Part shown: positions 37,129 to 47,028 of the stretch, one piece after another | How positions within the stretch are numbered: position 1 is the first letter of the stretch | Layout of the letters: each line of letters begins with the position of its first letter | Source of the DNA: an uncultured Brevinematales bacterium | Lineage (GTDB): Bacteria > Spirochaetota > Brevinematia > Brevinematales > JAOACQ01 | Length of the DNA: 64,000 nucleotides | Direction: 5' to 3' | Assembly (NCBI GenBank): GCA_964413265.1 | Contig: CAYPRX010000119.1 | Span: 15,445 to 79,444, forward strand | The notes under the pieces: generated by a model | What the model was told of the DNA's origin: nothing | What the model saw: only the letters and a program-made list of their open reading frames with translations | The model's database searches: none | Translations under genes and position numbers: made by a program

Positions 37129-38025
37129 ATGATGATATACTTAATTATTTTTGCTTCATTATTTATTGTTTTATTATTACTGGTTAATAATACCCCGCTC
37201 TTTTATTCAGAGCCTTCGGCGTACGACAGGAATAATGAGCCGACCCTATTTGACTCCAGGGCAGAAGAGGCATTTTACGAAAACAGTAAATCGTCTTCAC
37301 TCATTATACTGGTTCATGGCTTTCCGGGTTCTCCATTCGAATGGGAGAGGGTTGGAAGATTGCTGTCAAAAGATTATAATGTCCTGATCCCGCGCTTATA
37401 TGGTTTCGGCACGACAAGAGAATTTTTTAGGAGAACCTATTTTTCACAATGGTACAAGAGTCTAATAGACATATACCTGGAATACAGGGAAAGATATGAG
37501 AAAGTAACAGTATGCGGTCTGTCGTTCGGCGGGATGCTGACCCTGAGACTTGCCGAGGATTTCGGGGATTCAAGAGAACTGGCGATGGAAAGGATTGTTG
37601 TCATATCGGCACCTGTATTTATAAATGACCCTCTTCATTATCTGGTCAGATCAATTTCATGGTTCATTCGCGACATCCCTTCATTCAGCTCTGCCGGGGA
37701 TAATATAGATAATGATGGGGCTGATTGGGTTGGTTTTTACGGGAAATTTCCTGTCCAGATCTACAGCCTTCTAATGGGTATGAGGACTACCAGGAAGAAT
37801 CTGGCAAGGGTCAGAATTCCAGCTCTCTTAATGCATTCTTCCGGAGACAAAACGGTCCCTTTCGCGAATATGGATTATATATATGATCATATATCTTCCC
37901 GGGTGAAGCATAAAATAGTTTATAATCTGGAAGGATGGAAACACAGGAAACACCTGCTGACGATGTTCAATACTACTTTTGAAGATGTCTACCGGAATAT
38001 TTTGAGATTCATCAAGGAGGAGTGA
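37129..38025 (+). CDS. Membrane-anchored alpha/beta hydrolase (carboxylesterase/lipase-like)
   Basis: N-terminal TM, VHGF, nucleophile elbow GLSFGG, GDKTVP, C-terminal His. Confidence 0.88.
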   Translation: MMIYLIIFASLFIVLLLLVNNTPLFYSEPSAYDRNNEPTLFDSRAEEAFYENSKSSSLIILVHGFPGSPFEWERVGRLLSKDYNVLIPRLYGFGTTREFFRRTYFSQWYKSLIDIYLEYRERYEKVTVCGLSFGGMLTLRLAEDFGDSRELAMERIVVISAPVFINDPLHYLVRSISWFIRDIPSFSSAGDNIDNDGADWVGFYGKFPVQIYSLLMGMRTTRKNLARVRIPALLMHSSGDKTVPFANMDYIYDHISSRVKHKIVYNLEGWKHRKHLLTMFNTTFEDVYRNILRFIKEE

Positions 38026-38090
38026 GGCTAAATAATTTAACCAAATTGATTTTCTTCCGATGTTTAATACATAAACGGAGGAAGAAAATT

Positions 38091-38885
38091 ATGATGAGAG
38101 CTTTATGGACAGCTGCTTCAGGAATGATCGGTGAGCAGTTTCATATCGATACGATTGCAAATAATCTATCGAATGTAAATACGACGGGATTTAAAAAAAC
38201 AAGAGCTGAATTTGAAGATCTGCTTTATCAAACCCAGAGACTTGCAGGGACCCCTTCTTCTGAGATCAGCCAGTATCCGATCGGCATACAAACGGGTCTT
38301 GGAGTGCGAGCCGCTGCTACCCAGAAGTTTTATACTCAGGGAAGCCTCCAGAACACGGGGAACAAATTTGACATAGCACTTGAAGGGGAAGGATTTATCG
38401 GAGTTACCCTTCCTGACGGGAGCAGCGCTTATACAAGAGACGGGTCACTTAAAATTGACAGTAATATGGAAATAGTGACCTCACAGGGATACAGGCTCAG
38501 CCCTCCAATCGTTCTTCCTGAAAACTTCGATGTCGGGACCCTTTCAATCGGAAAGGATGGCCGGGTGACCGTGAAAGTAGCCGGCAGCGACGAAGACACT
38601 GAAGTTGGAACTATCTCACTATACCGGTTCATCAATCCGGCAGGTCTGACCAATATCGGAGAAAATTATGTTAAAGAAAGCCCGGCTTCCGGCCCTGCTG
38701 TCGAGGGGACAGCATCATTAGCCGGCTATGGTATGATCCACCAGGGTTTTCTTGAAATGTCAAATGTCAATGCAGTCCAGGAAATGGTGGATATGATAGT
38801 AGCACAGAGGGCTTACGAGTTCAACTCCCGCGCAATTCAGACAGCGGATTCGATGCTTGGTACTGCGAACAGCCTGAAGAGATAG
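38091..38885 (+). CDS. flgG: Flagellar basal-body distal rod protein FlgG
   Basis: MMRALWTAASGM..Q...IANNLSNVNTTGFKK, GIQTGLG, LEMSNVNAVQEMVDMIVAQRAYE; ATG 38091 after GGAGG. Confidence 0.96.
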   Translation: MMRALWTAASGMIGEQFHIDTIANNLSNVNTTGFKKTRAEFEDLLYQTQRLAGTPSSEISQYPIGIQTGLGVRAAATQKFYTQGSLQNTGNKFDIALEGEGFIGVTLPDGSSAYTRDGSLKIDSNMEIVTSQGYRLSPPIVLPENFDVGTLSIGKDGRVTVKVAGSDEDTEVGTISLYRFINPAGLTNIGENYVKESPASGPAVEGTASLAGYGMIHQGFLEMSNVNAVQEMVDMIVAQRAYEFNSRAIQTADSMLGTANSLKR

Positions 38886-38907
38886 GCCTGATCTTAAAAA
38901 ACTTCCA

Positions 38908-39984
38908 TTAAGGGAAGAGCAGAAGCCTGTCATCCGGTTTTGCTTTGACTTCCTTTTTACCGAAGTTTGACATTGATATTCCCACAAGACGGATTTTCTT
39001 TTTCCCAGCTTCGGTTTTATCAAGAAGCTGAAGTACTGTTTTAAAAATATCCCGGGATTTAAATAGGGGAAAGGGAAGGGTGATACTGCGGGTGATAAGC
39101 TTGAAATCATAATATTTTATTTTAAGGGTAACAGTCCTGGCACCATTTTCTTCCCCTATAATTTTAAGTATATCTTCCTCTTCATCAGATATGCTTTTCA
39201 ACAACTCTCTTATTTTATCAATATCGAGTATATCCCTGGGGAGGGTTATTTCCCTTCCTGCCGAAAGCCTTTTATGGTAAGGCATCACAGGTGAGTCGTC
39301 GATCCCCCTTGCAAGGTTATAAAACCATTCGCCGCTTTTTCCGAAGTTACTGGCCAGCTCGGCTAAACTCCTCTCAAATAAATCGGCGCCTGTTCTGATA
39401 CCCAGATAATGCATTCTTCTTTCTGTGACCCTGCCGACTCCGATAAATGACCCGATAGGCAGTCTCTTGATAAAGCTCTCCGCATTCTCCGGTAAAACAA
39501 TAGTGAGTCCATCAGGTTTTTTATATCCTGAAGCTGCTTTAGCCAGAAACTTATTGAAAGAAACTCCGGCGGAGGCTGTTAACCCTGTCTTCAAAAAAAT
39601 TTTAATCTTGATCTCTTTGGCGATCCTGTAAGCAGTTAATCCTGTATAATTATCGGTTACATCTAAATATGCCTCGTCAAGGGAAAGGCTTTCCACCAGA
39701 TCTGTGTATTCATGAAAGATTGAATTTATCTCTTCCGAAACCTTAACATATAACTCAAAATGAGGTTCGACAAGTATTGCCTGGGGGCAGAGTGAAAGAG
39801 CCCTTGAAGTCGCCATAGCGGAATGGATCCCGAATTTACGGGCTTCGTAAGAACAGGTGGCGACCACACTCCTGTCCTCTGGCCTGCCTCCGACAATTAC
39901 CGGTTTTCCCATTAACTCAGGATGTTCCCTCTGCTCAACTGAAGCGAAAAAAGCGTCCATGTCTATATGTATTATTTTCCTCAT
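38908..39984 (-). CDS. dinB: DNA polymerase IV
   Basis: HIDMDAFFASVE, SYEARKFG, SLDEAYLD. Confidence 0.96.
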   Translation of the reverse strand: MRKIIHIDMDAFFASVEQREHPELMGKPVIVGGRPEDRSVVATCSYEARKFGIHSAMATSRALSLCPQAILVEPHFELYVKVSEEINSIFHEYTDLVESLSLDEAYLDVTDNYTGLTAYRIAKEIKIKIFLKTGLTASAGVSFNKFLAKAASGYKKPDGLTIVLPENAESFIKRLPIGSFIGVGRVTERRMHYLGIRTGADLFERSLAELASNFGKSGEWFYNLARGIDDSPVMPYHKRLSAGREITLPRDILDIDKIRELLKSISDEEEDILKIIGEENGARTVTLKIKYYDFKLITRSITLPFPLFKSRDIFKTVLQLLDKTEAGKKKIRLVGISMSNFGKKEVKAKPDDRLLLFP

Positions 39985-41084
39985 TTTCCAACACTGATAA
40001 GCTCATAATCCTGTGTACCCAAACCTAGTTTCTGTGCGTAATCGAGACAGGATTTCCATTCGCTTCCGGGGTATAAGGCAGTGAATTTGTCGATCCCTTC
40101 TTTTATTCCGCCGATAACGCTATCTTTATTGACAGGAGCCTTATTTACAAGATCTACGCTTGCCCTGTCAAGCGCTACTGGATCGAATGATGCAAGAATT
40201 CCTATATCAGGCACAATCGGTATTTCATTGAAATCCCAGCAATCACAATTGGGGGAAACATTCATAACGAAATTCACATGGAACTGCTGTTTTCCATGCA
40301 AGACTGCATAAGAGTATTCTGCAATCTTTTCCAGGGTATTTGTAGAACCCCAGACTACATGGGCAGCATCATAACAGCAAACCGCAATACACTGCCCGCA
40401 GCCGACACATTTTTCATAATTGATGACTGCCTTTCTATCACCGTTGATATGAATGGCATTTTGGGCGCAATTAATAACACACTGTCCGCATGAGGAACAG
40501 TTTTTCCTGTTAATCTGCGGTTTATTACCAGAATGCATTTCAAGCTTTCCGGCGACTGATCCCGAACCCATTCCGATATTCTTCAGTGCGCCTCCGAAAC
40601 CTGCGAGGTCATGGCCTTTAAAATGGTTCATGGATATAATAATATCGGCATCGGCTATGGCAGTTCCTATCTTGGCAGTTTTACAGTTTTTCATATTCAA
40701 TTTGATTTCCCTGAAATCTGTCCCTTTAATCCCGTCGGCAATTATTACATTGCATCCAAGTGTAATAGTGTTAAAACCGTTCTGCGAAGCGCTAGTCAAA
40801 TGGTCAACCGCGTTGCCTCTTCCGCCCTTGTACAATGTATTAGAATCTGTCACGAAAACGTATGAACCGGCAGCCTGAAGTATCTTTACAACTCTTGCGA
40901 CATAGTTCGGCCTTATATATGCAAGGTTACCCGGTTCCCCGAAATGAACCTTAACTGCGGAAAATTTCTTGTACAGATCAAGATTCTGAATCCCCGTTCT
41001 TTTGACGAGAGTTTCCAGTTTATCAAGAAGGTTTTTTCCCGGTGAAGTCCTTAAATCCGTGAAATAAACACGGGATTTTGACAT
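39981..41084 (-). CDS. DUF362-family protein with a 2x[4Fe-4S] ferredoxin domain
   Basis: KVHFGEPG, HFKGH, CSSCGQC..C, CVGCGQCIAVC. Confidence 0.85.
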   Translation of the reverse strand: MSKSRVYFTDLRTSPGKNLLDKLETLVKRTGIQNLDLYKKFSAVKVHFGEPGNLAYIRPNYVARVVKILQAAGSYVFVTDSNTLYKGGRGNAVDHLTSASQNGFNTITLGCNVIIADGIKGTDFREIKLNMKNCKTAKIGTAIADADIIISMNHFKGHDLAGFGGALKNIGMGSGSVAGKLEMHSGNKPQINRKNCSSCGQCVINCAQNAIHINGDRKAVINYEKCVGCGQCIAVCCYDAAHVVWGSTNTLEKIAEYSYAVLHGKQQFHVNFVMNVSPNCDCWDFNEIPIVPDIGILASFDPVALDRASVDLVNKAPVNKDSVIGGIKEGIDKFTALYPGSEWKSCLDYAQKLGLGTQDYELISVGK

Positions 41085-41103
41085 GAATTGACACCTTCCT
41101 CTG

Positions 41104-42549
41104 TTAATAAGCCCCCTTTCTCCTTAGAACAGCCCCTATTGTCTTAAAAAGAATAATGAGATCAAGCCAGGCCGACCAGTTTTCGACATACCATGTCTCG
41201 AGTTTCATCCTCTCGGAAAATATAAGTTCGTTCCTTCCTGATACCTGCCATAAGCCCGTTATACCGGGCTTTGTCATGAAAATAATGTCCTTGTAGTCGC
41301 CGATTTCATGTTTTTCAGAGGGGAGGTAAGGCCTGGGACCTATAATGCTCATCTCGCCCCTCATTACATTGATAAGCTGGGGGATTTCATCAAGCGATGT
41401 TTTTCGGAGAAATGCACCGATCCTGGTAACCCTTGGATCGTATACTCTTAATTTTTTATAAGTTTTCCATTCTGTTTGCGCTTCTTTATTTTTTGTTAAA
41501 TGATCGTTTAGTATCTTCTTTGATTCTTTATACATTGTTCTGAATTTAATGCAATTAAAGACTTTTCCCCTATATCCCAGTCTGCCCTGAATTATGAAAA
41601 TCGGGCCTTCCGAGTCGAGTTTTATCAGTATGCTTATAACGGCCAAGGATATTATGAAGAAAGGTAAAACCAGCAGAATAATTGCAATGTCAGAGATGGT
41701 TTTTACAAAACGGTTGGCCAGAGAGTGCAGATTGTTTTTTATTTTCAGCAGGAATAATTTCTGCATGAAAAGGTAGTGCAGTTCAGTATTAATTTGAGCT
41801 ATCCCTACAATATCCGGAACAAGGACCACGTTTTTAACATTTTTCTGGACATGATTGGTCAGCCTGGTCAGTTCTTCAGGAGGAAGGCCGGGCATTGATA
41901 TTATCACAGTTGAAATCTCAAGCATGGAAACAAATTTTGTGAAATTTTTTATTCCGCAGAACACCGGGTATTTTGTTCCTTCTACCTCAATTTCATTTAT
42001 TCCTTTTATATCATCCAGGAAGCCCACCACACTGTAACCCATCTGCTTATCATTTATCAGGCCCCTGACCGTACTTACCGCACTGGGACCGGTACCCAGA
42101 ATAAGGGCTTTTTCCTTCCAGAGCCCAATATAGTAAAGGACTCTTTTACCCCAGTATCTGAATAGGATCGTTAATAATGAAAGGTATAACCATGTGAAGA
42201 TCAGGACAAGCCGGGAGATATTACCATACATACTCCTTACAGTGATCATGAAAAAAATAAAGAGAACCGTAATTGTAACAGCTTTCAGGATAGATCTTAT
42301 TTCTTCCCAGAAGGGATAACGTTTAGTGTAAAGTCTTTCAAATATGAGGATGGTTATAAAAATAACCGGCATCCACCAGATAGACAGGTAGTATTGATAG
42401 GAAAAGAAATAATAGGGTTTGCCCCTCGTGATAAAGTAAACGAAATTTTCTCTGGTAAATACGGCGACCAACAAAGAAGAAAAGTAGGAGATAAGGTCGA
42501 TACAGAGAAGGCCGGTTATGCGGCCTATTCCTATCCATCTTTCTTTCAT
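41104..42549 (-). CDS. wbaP: Undecaprenyl-phosphate sugar-1-phosphate transferase (WbaP-like)
   Basis: N-terminal TMs; KFRTM, DPRVT, LRKTSLDEIPQL, GPRP, PGITGLWQVSGR. Confidence 0.88.
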   Translation of the reverse strand: MKERWIGIGRITGLLCIDLISYFSSLLVAVFTRENFVYFITRGKPYYFFSYQYYLSIWWMPVIFITILIFERLYTKRYPFWEEIRSILKAVTITVLFIFFMITVRSMYGNISRLVLIFTWLYLSLLTILFRYWGKRVLYYIGLWKEKALILGTGPSAVSTVRGLINDKQMGYSVVGFLDDIKGINEIEVEGTKYPVFCGIKNFTKFVSMLEISTVIISMPGLPPEELTRLTNHVQKNVKNVVLVPDIVGIAQINTELHYLFMQKLFLLKIKNNLHSLANRFVKTISDIAIILLVLPFFIISLAVISILIKLDSEGPIFIIQGRLGYRGKVFNCIKFRTMYKESKKILNDHLTKNKEAQTEWKTYKKLRVYDPRVTRIGAFLRKTSLDEIPQLINVMRGEMSIIGPRPYLPSEKHEIGDYKDIIFMTKPGITGLWQVSGRNELIFSERMKLETWYVENWSAWLDLIILFKTIGAVLRRKGAY

Positions 42550-42567
42550 AATGAAATCCCGTCTTTA

Positions 42568-43707
42568 TTACCTGAAAAAGGATTTTATCTTTTTCTCGAC
42601 AAAAGAACTGTATTTTCTTTGAAATTCTTCCTTTGAGAACCTTAAAGCATTTTGCCTGATTTCTGAATAGTCGAAGACTTTTTCCATCTTTTCAAATCTT
42701 TTTACAGCCTCAATCAGGCTATCCTCATCCTGTGAGTAAAAAAAAGTGCCGGTTTTACCTTCAATTACTGTTTCTGAAGTACCTCCCCTTCCGAAAGCGA
42801 TTACAGGTGTCCCGCATGCCTGGGCTTCTACAGGCATGAGCCCGAAGTCTTCTTCCGCAGCGAAGATGAAGGCTTTCGCCTTTTGAAGGAAATCCTTCAG
42901 AGATTCCGGGCTCTGATAACCGATAAATTCAATATTCGGGCACTTTAACGCCAGGTTTTTTATCTTTTTTTCTTCAGGACCCCTCCCAATGACAGTGAGT
43001 TTCCTGCCTTTCATCCTGACGAAAGCCTTAACGATCAGGTCCATCCTCTTATATGGGACCATCTGTGAGGCAGCCAGGTAATTTTCTCCCTTTTTCTCAA
43101 AAAGGGTATAATAATTCGTATCAGCAGGGCCATATATTACCTCAGCCTCCCTGTTGTAGATTTTTTTTATCCTTTTAGCTACATATGCCGAATTTGTTAG
43201 ATAATAATCGACCCTGTTCGCAGAAATAATATCCCAGGTCCTGATCTCATGCAGTATATTTCTCACTATTTTCCCTATCAAACCCCTCTCATAGCCGGAT
43301 TCCCTGAGGTATTGAAAGGTTAAATCCCATGCATATCTCATCGGCGTGTGCATGTAACAGATATGGAGCTGATTCGAGTTTGTCAGAACTCCTTTGGCCA
43401 CAGCGTGGGAGCTGGAAAGCACAACGTTATACCCAGAAAGATCGAATTCCTCGATTGCTCTAGGGAAAAGAGAAAGGAGTTTCTGATAGAATTTTCCTGA
43501 AAAAGGCAATTTCTGGATAGAAGATGTTATTATTTTAGAGTGATCGATAATGCTGCTTTGAAAATTTTTCGTACATAAAAGAGTATATACAGGTGATGGA
43601 TAGAGTTCGTAAATTGCTTCCAGGGCCCTTTCACCCCCTCTCATTCCGGTAAGCCAATCGTGAACGATGGCTGTTTTTACTTCAAAATGACTCTCCGATC
43701 TAGCCAT
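42568..43707 (-). CDS. GT4 glycosyltransferase (WbaZ-like)
   Basis: HDWLTGMRGGER, EEDFGLMPVEAQACG. Confidence 0.9.
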   Translation of the reverse strand: MARSESHFEVKTAIVHDWLTGMRGGERALEAIYELYPSPVYTLLCTKNFQSSIIDHSKIITSSIQKLPFSGKFYQKLLSLFPRAIEEFDLSGYNVVLSSSHAVAKGVLTNSNQLHICYMHTPMRYAWDLTFQYLRESGYERGLIGKIVRNILHEIRTWDIISANRVDYYLTNSAYVAKRIKKIYNREAEVIYGPADTNYYTLFEKKGENYLAASQMVPYKRMDLIVKAFVRMKGRKLTVIGRGPEEKKIKNLALKCPNIEFIGYQSPESLKDFLQKAKAFIFAAEEDFGLMPVEAQACGTPVIAFGRGGTSETVIEGKTGTFFYSQDEDSLIEAVKRFEKMEKVFDYSEIRQNALRFSKEEFQRKYSSFVEKKIKSFFR

Positions 43708-43784
43708 GTTTAATTCATACTCCTCAATCTAATAATCATAACATCATTTCAAAAGATTGTAAAATCATTGTTGATGACAGCCTG

Positions 43785-45506
43785 TCATTCGTAGTGGCGC
43801 AGGGCTTCGGAAGGAGGAAGCCTTGCAGCTTTTTTTGACGGAAAATAGGCTGAGAAAAGAGCTATAATAAGAAGTATCACGATGTAAAAAAATATTTTAA
43901 CGGGGAATGTAATAAAATGCAGGTGATTATAAAGCACAAAAATTGAAAATGCCTCACTGGTTGTATTTATATAAATGGAAGATAATAATCCCATCACTGC
44001 AAATGCCAGGCAAATTCCCAGTATTGAGGCGAAAAAGGTCAGAAGCAATGTTTCGCTTATGAAAAGGTCCCTGATCCCGTTTTTTTGCATTCCGATGGAG
44101 CGCATCGTCCCTATTTCTCTGGTCCTTTCCCTGACAGACATCCTCAGGGTGTTGAGAACGCCTATCTGGGTTATGAGAAATAGGATAATTACACTTGCCA
44201 CGCTTATAATCTTGGCAATAGATGCCCACTGAAGCATTCCATAATTATCTTCATATACAGTGGTGAGTATCAGATATGCTCCCTTTTTTGCACTCTTGAT
44301 AATGTTGTCGTACATTTCCTCAATTTCATCAGAAGTTTTGACCCTGGGCATCAGCGTCCACTCCCTGACAAGAGCCGGCAGAATTGGGGATTTTTTCCAT
44401 AATGGATTAAAGCCTTTCAAGCTTTCCTCAGGCATATTTTTATAATAAATGTTTTTGAAATCGTTTTCATTGAGCAAAATTACATTATCAAGCTGCCGGT
44501 CTGGCTGTTTAAAAATCCCTCCAATTCTGAAGGAAAAATTTTTTACCGTTTTATCAAGCCCTGTATATGAAAAATTCAGTGTCATTCCTGGAACAAGCCG
44601 CATTTCCGAAGCTGATTTTTCTCCGACGAGGATGATGTTCGTCTCTGCAAGTTTTTCCCAGTCACCCTTTAATAAATCCAGGTTGCCCTTTAAAAGAGTC
44701 AAATCCGATTCGTTTGTCGAAAATCCAAGCAAAGAGTAATTAGAATATCTGCCTGAAAGGGGTATGAAAGCCGAATCTGGTATCAGGGCTTTATAGAGTG
44801 TATCAGCCTGTTTCCGTGTAGTATCCAGGTCTTTTAAGATAACCCTGAAGGTTGATGTTTCATAATCCATATATCCCATAATCCGTTTTAAATCAAGTGA
44901 TTTGATGTAAACAGAGAAGGTATTCCAGATGGTTCCTGCTGCACTGTTTATACCGGTAACCCGTAATTTTGCCGTCTGGACCTGACCGTTTACCGTCTTA
45001 AGCTCGACACTGATAAAATCGTTGACTTTGACCCTCAGTTTTTTTGCATAGGGTTCGCTGAGTATTACAGCGTTTTCTATTTTAGAATTTGTGAAATCCG
45101 AAGGATCGCCGCTTGACAGCCGTAAAGTTGCAAAAAATTCCTTTGACGGTTCGACACTTGCCAGATATAAATCTGCAGCTCTTCCATTTCCAATAACTCT
45201 TGGCCAGAGATCGAAGCTCTCTTTTAAAGTTTTTACATCATGAAGGTTTTTCATCAGAATCCGGGTTAATTTATCCCTGTTCCTTATGATATTTCCGTTT
45301 TTATCAAGTTTTTCAAAAATAGTCACCTGGATGTGACCAACCCAGTTTACAAGCATGTTGTTAAGCATTATATCCATCATTCCGTCGCTAATAGATCCCG
45401 ACATGATAAGCACTGCCATACCAAATGATATTATAAGTGCCAGCAGAAAATTTCTTCTCTTTTGGCGGAAGATGTTGCGAAGGCCTAAGAGTAATGTGAT
45501 TTTCAT
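43785..45506 (-). CDS. FtsX/LolE/MacB-type ABC permease with a duplicated periplasmic domain
   Basis: RNIFRQKRR start, ERTREIGTMRSIG, four-TM architecture. Confidence 0.85.
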   Translation of the reverse strand: MKITLLLGLRNIFRQKRRNFLLALIISFGMAVLIMSGSISDGMMDIMLNNMLVNWVGHIQVTIFEKLDKNGNIIRNRDKLTRILMKNLHDVKTLKESFDLWPRVIGNGRAADLYLASVEPSKEFFATLRLSSGDPSDFTNSKIENAVILSEPYAKKLRVKVNDFISVELKTVNGQVQTAKLRVTGINSAAGTIWNTFSVYIKSLDLKRIMGYMDYETSTFRVILKDLDTTRKQADTLYKALIPDSAFIPLSGRYSNYSLLGFSTNESDLTLLKGNLDLLKGDWEKLAETNIILVGEKSASEMRLVPGMTLNFSYTGLDKTVKNFSFRIGGIFKQPDRQLDNVILLNENDFKNIYYKNMPEESLKGFNPLWKKSPILPALVREWTLMPRVKTSDEIEEMYDNIIKSAKKGAYLILTTVYEDNYGMLQWASIAKIISVASVIILFLITQIGVLNTLRMSVRERTREIGTMRSIGMQKNGIRDLFISETLLLTFFASILGICLAFAVMGLLSSIYINTTSEAFSIFVLYNHLHFITFPVKIFFYIVILLIIALFSAYFPSKKAARLPPSEALRHYE

Positions 45507-45516
45507 CGATTTCTCC

Positions 45517-47028
45517 CTATTCTTTTGAGAAAGCTTCCAGCAGCTTTACTCTCATGGCAAGCCTTGCCGGGAGGATCACTGCGATTAATAAGAAAATAAA
45601 AAGTTCGGCTGCCGAGATTAATATTCCAAACAGGCCAACAAAGGGCCTGAAATGATCGGAAGCAAAAAACATCGGTGCAACTTCACCTGTAGTAATTGTG
45701 ATATTCAAATGTGATAAGATGTTGACGGCGATCACTCCGAACAGGATACCCAAACCTCCAAAAGCTATGGTCAGCAAAAAGGTTTCAGCATAAAAAATGT
45801 ATGCGATAAGCCCTTTTTTTGCTCCGATGGAGCGCATCATAGCGATCTCACTGGCCCTTTCTATGACTGACATATTGAGAGTGTTCATAATCACAATTAT
45901 TACAACAAAAAACATGAAAAAGACAAATACCGAAATGATATTCTTGAAGATATTTGTACCATCAAAAAGCTGGCCTGAGATTTTCTGCCATGGCACAGCC
46001 TTTGCGTCAAGACCGGCGTTTGACATGGCTGCATTCAAGCTTTTTATAGTCTGTAACTGGTCCGAACCCTTTCTGATTTTTAATGCTATGTAGTTGTAAG
46101 TGCCATTATCGGGGTCCTGAACAGCAGTTTCCGGGTTTTTCTTTTTCTTTAGCTCCTTTATTATTTCCTTATTGTCTGAAGCTGTATTTGATTCGGCGGT
46201 CAGAGTTGAAGAGAATAAATTGTCAAGATTCGTTTCGCTCATATTGAGGATTTTTTTATTTTCCGCAGATACCCTTGCTGCCGAATCCTCTCCGGTGAGG
46301 TAATTCAAGCATTCTCTGAATGATTCTATATCCATTATTGAAAAATAACCCCAGTTGTAGTTGTAATCCTTAAAATGCATTATTCCCCTTACCGGCACTC
46401 TGATATCATTTCCCATTTCTTTTGAGTATCCTATAAATACCAGGTTAGTTTTTATTATAACGTCTACAGCGTTTTTGTTTAGAAAATGAACAGGATAACC
46501 TGCTGGTGAAATCCAGTAACCCGTTCTGTCAAAGACATGTTCCCGCCATCTATCTGAAAAAATTATTCCGCCATCCCTGGTGTTATTCTTAAAGCCTTCA
46601 CCCTCAGTTATTATTACATTGGACCCAAAAAACTTCTGATAATCCTCAAATTTTACACCAACTAGAAGGCAGTCAACCGGATGGTCCTCTTCTATAATCG
46701 AAGACGCACCTATTGCCATAGGCATGAAAGCCGCCACGTCATCCCTTTTTTCAAGAAAGTTTCTGATATTTGTATAAGAACTTATAATTTCCATACTGGA
46801 TATGTTGTCGTATAAAAGATCCTCAGCCTCCTGATTTGTCGATAAAAGGGCTATATCTCCGAGAAAAGAAAGTGCGAGATTCTGATACAGGCCTTTGTTT
46901 ATACCGTTTATAACACCGTTTCCCATAGTCATGAAAAATGAGGCAATGAGAAGTATTACTCCTATTATAAGGCTTTTACCCCTGTGACGGAAAAGGTTAC
47001 GCCAGGCCAGTTTAATGATAAAAAACAA
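45517..47028 (-). CDS. FtsX/LolE/MacB-type ABC permease
   Basis: LAWRNLFRHRGKS, ERASEIAMMRSIG. Confidence 0.85.
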   Translation of the reverse strand: MFFIIKLAWRNLFRHRGKSLIIGVILLIASFFMTMGNGVINGINKGLYQNLALSFLGDIALLSTNQEAEDLLYDNISSMEIISSYTNIRNFLEKRDDVAAFMPMAIGASSIIEEDHPVDCLLVGVKFEDYQKFFGSNVIITEGEGFKNNTRDGGIIFSDRWREHVFDRTGYWISPAGYPVHFLNKNAVDVIIKTNLVFIGYSKEMGNDIRVPVRGIMHFKDYNYNWGYFSIMDIESFRECLNYLTGEDSAARVSAENKKILNMSETNLDNLFSSTLTAESNTASDNKEIIKELKKKKNPETAVQDPDNGTYNYIALKIRKGSDQLQTIKSLNAAMSNAGLDAKAVPWQKISGQLFDGTNIFKNIISVFVFFMFFVVIIVIMNTLNMSVIERASEIAMMRSIGAKKGLIAYIFYAETFLLTIAFGGLGILFGVIAVNILSHLNITITTGEVAPMFFASDHFRPFVGLFGILISAAELFIFLLIAVILPARLAMRVKLLEAFSKE

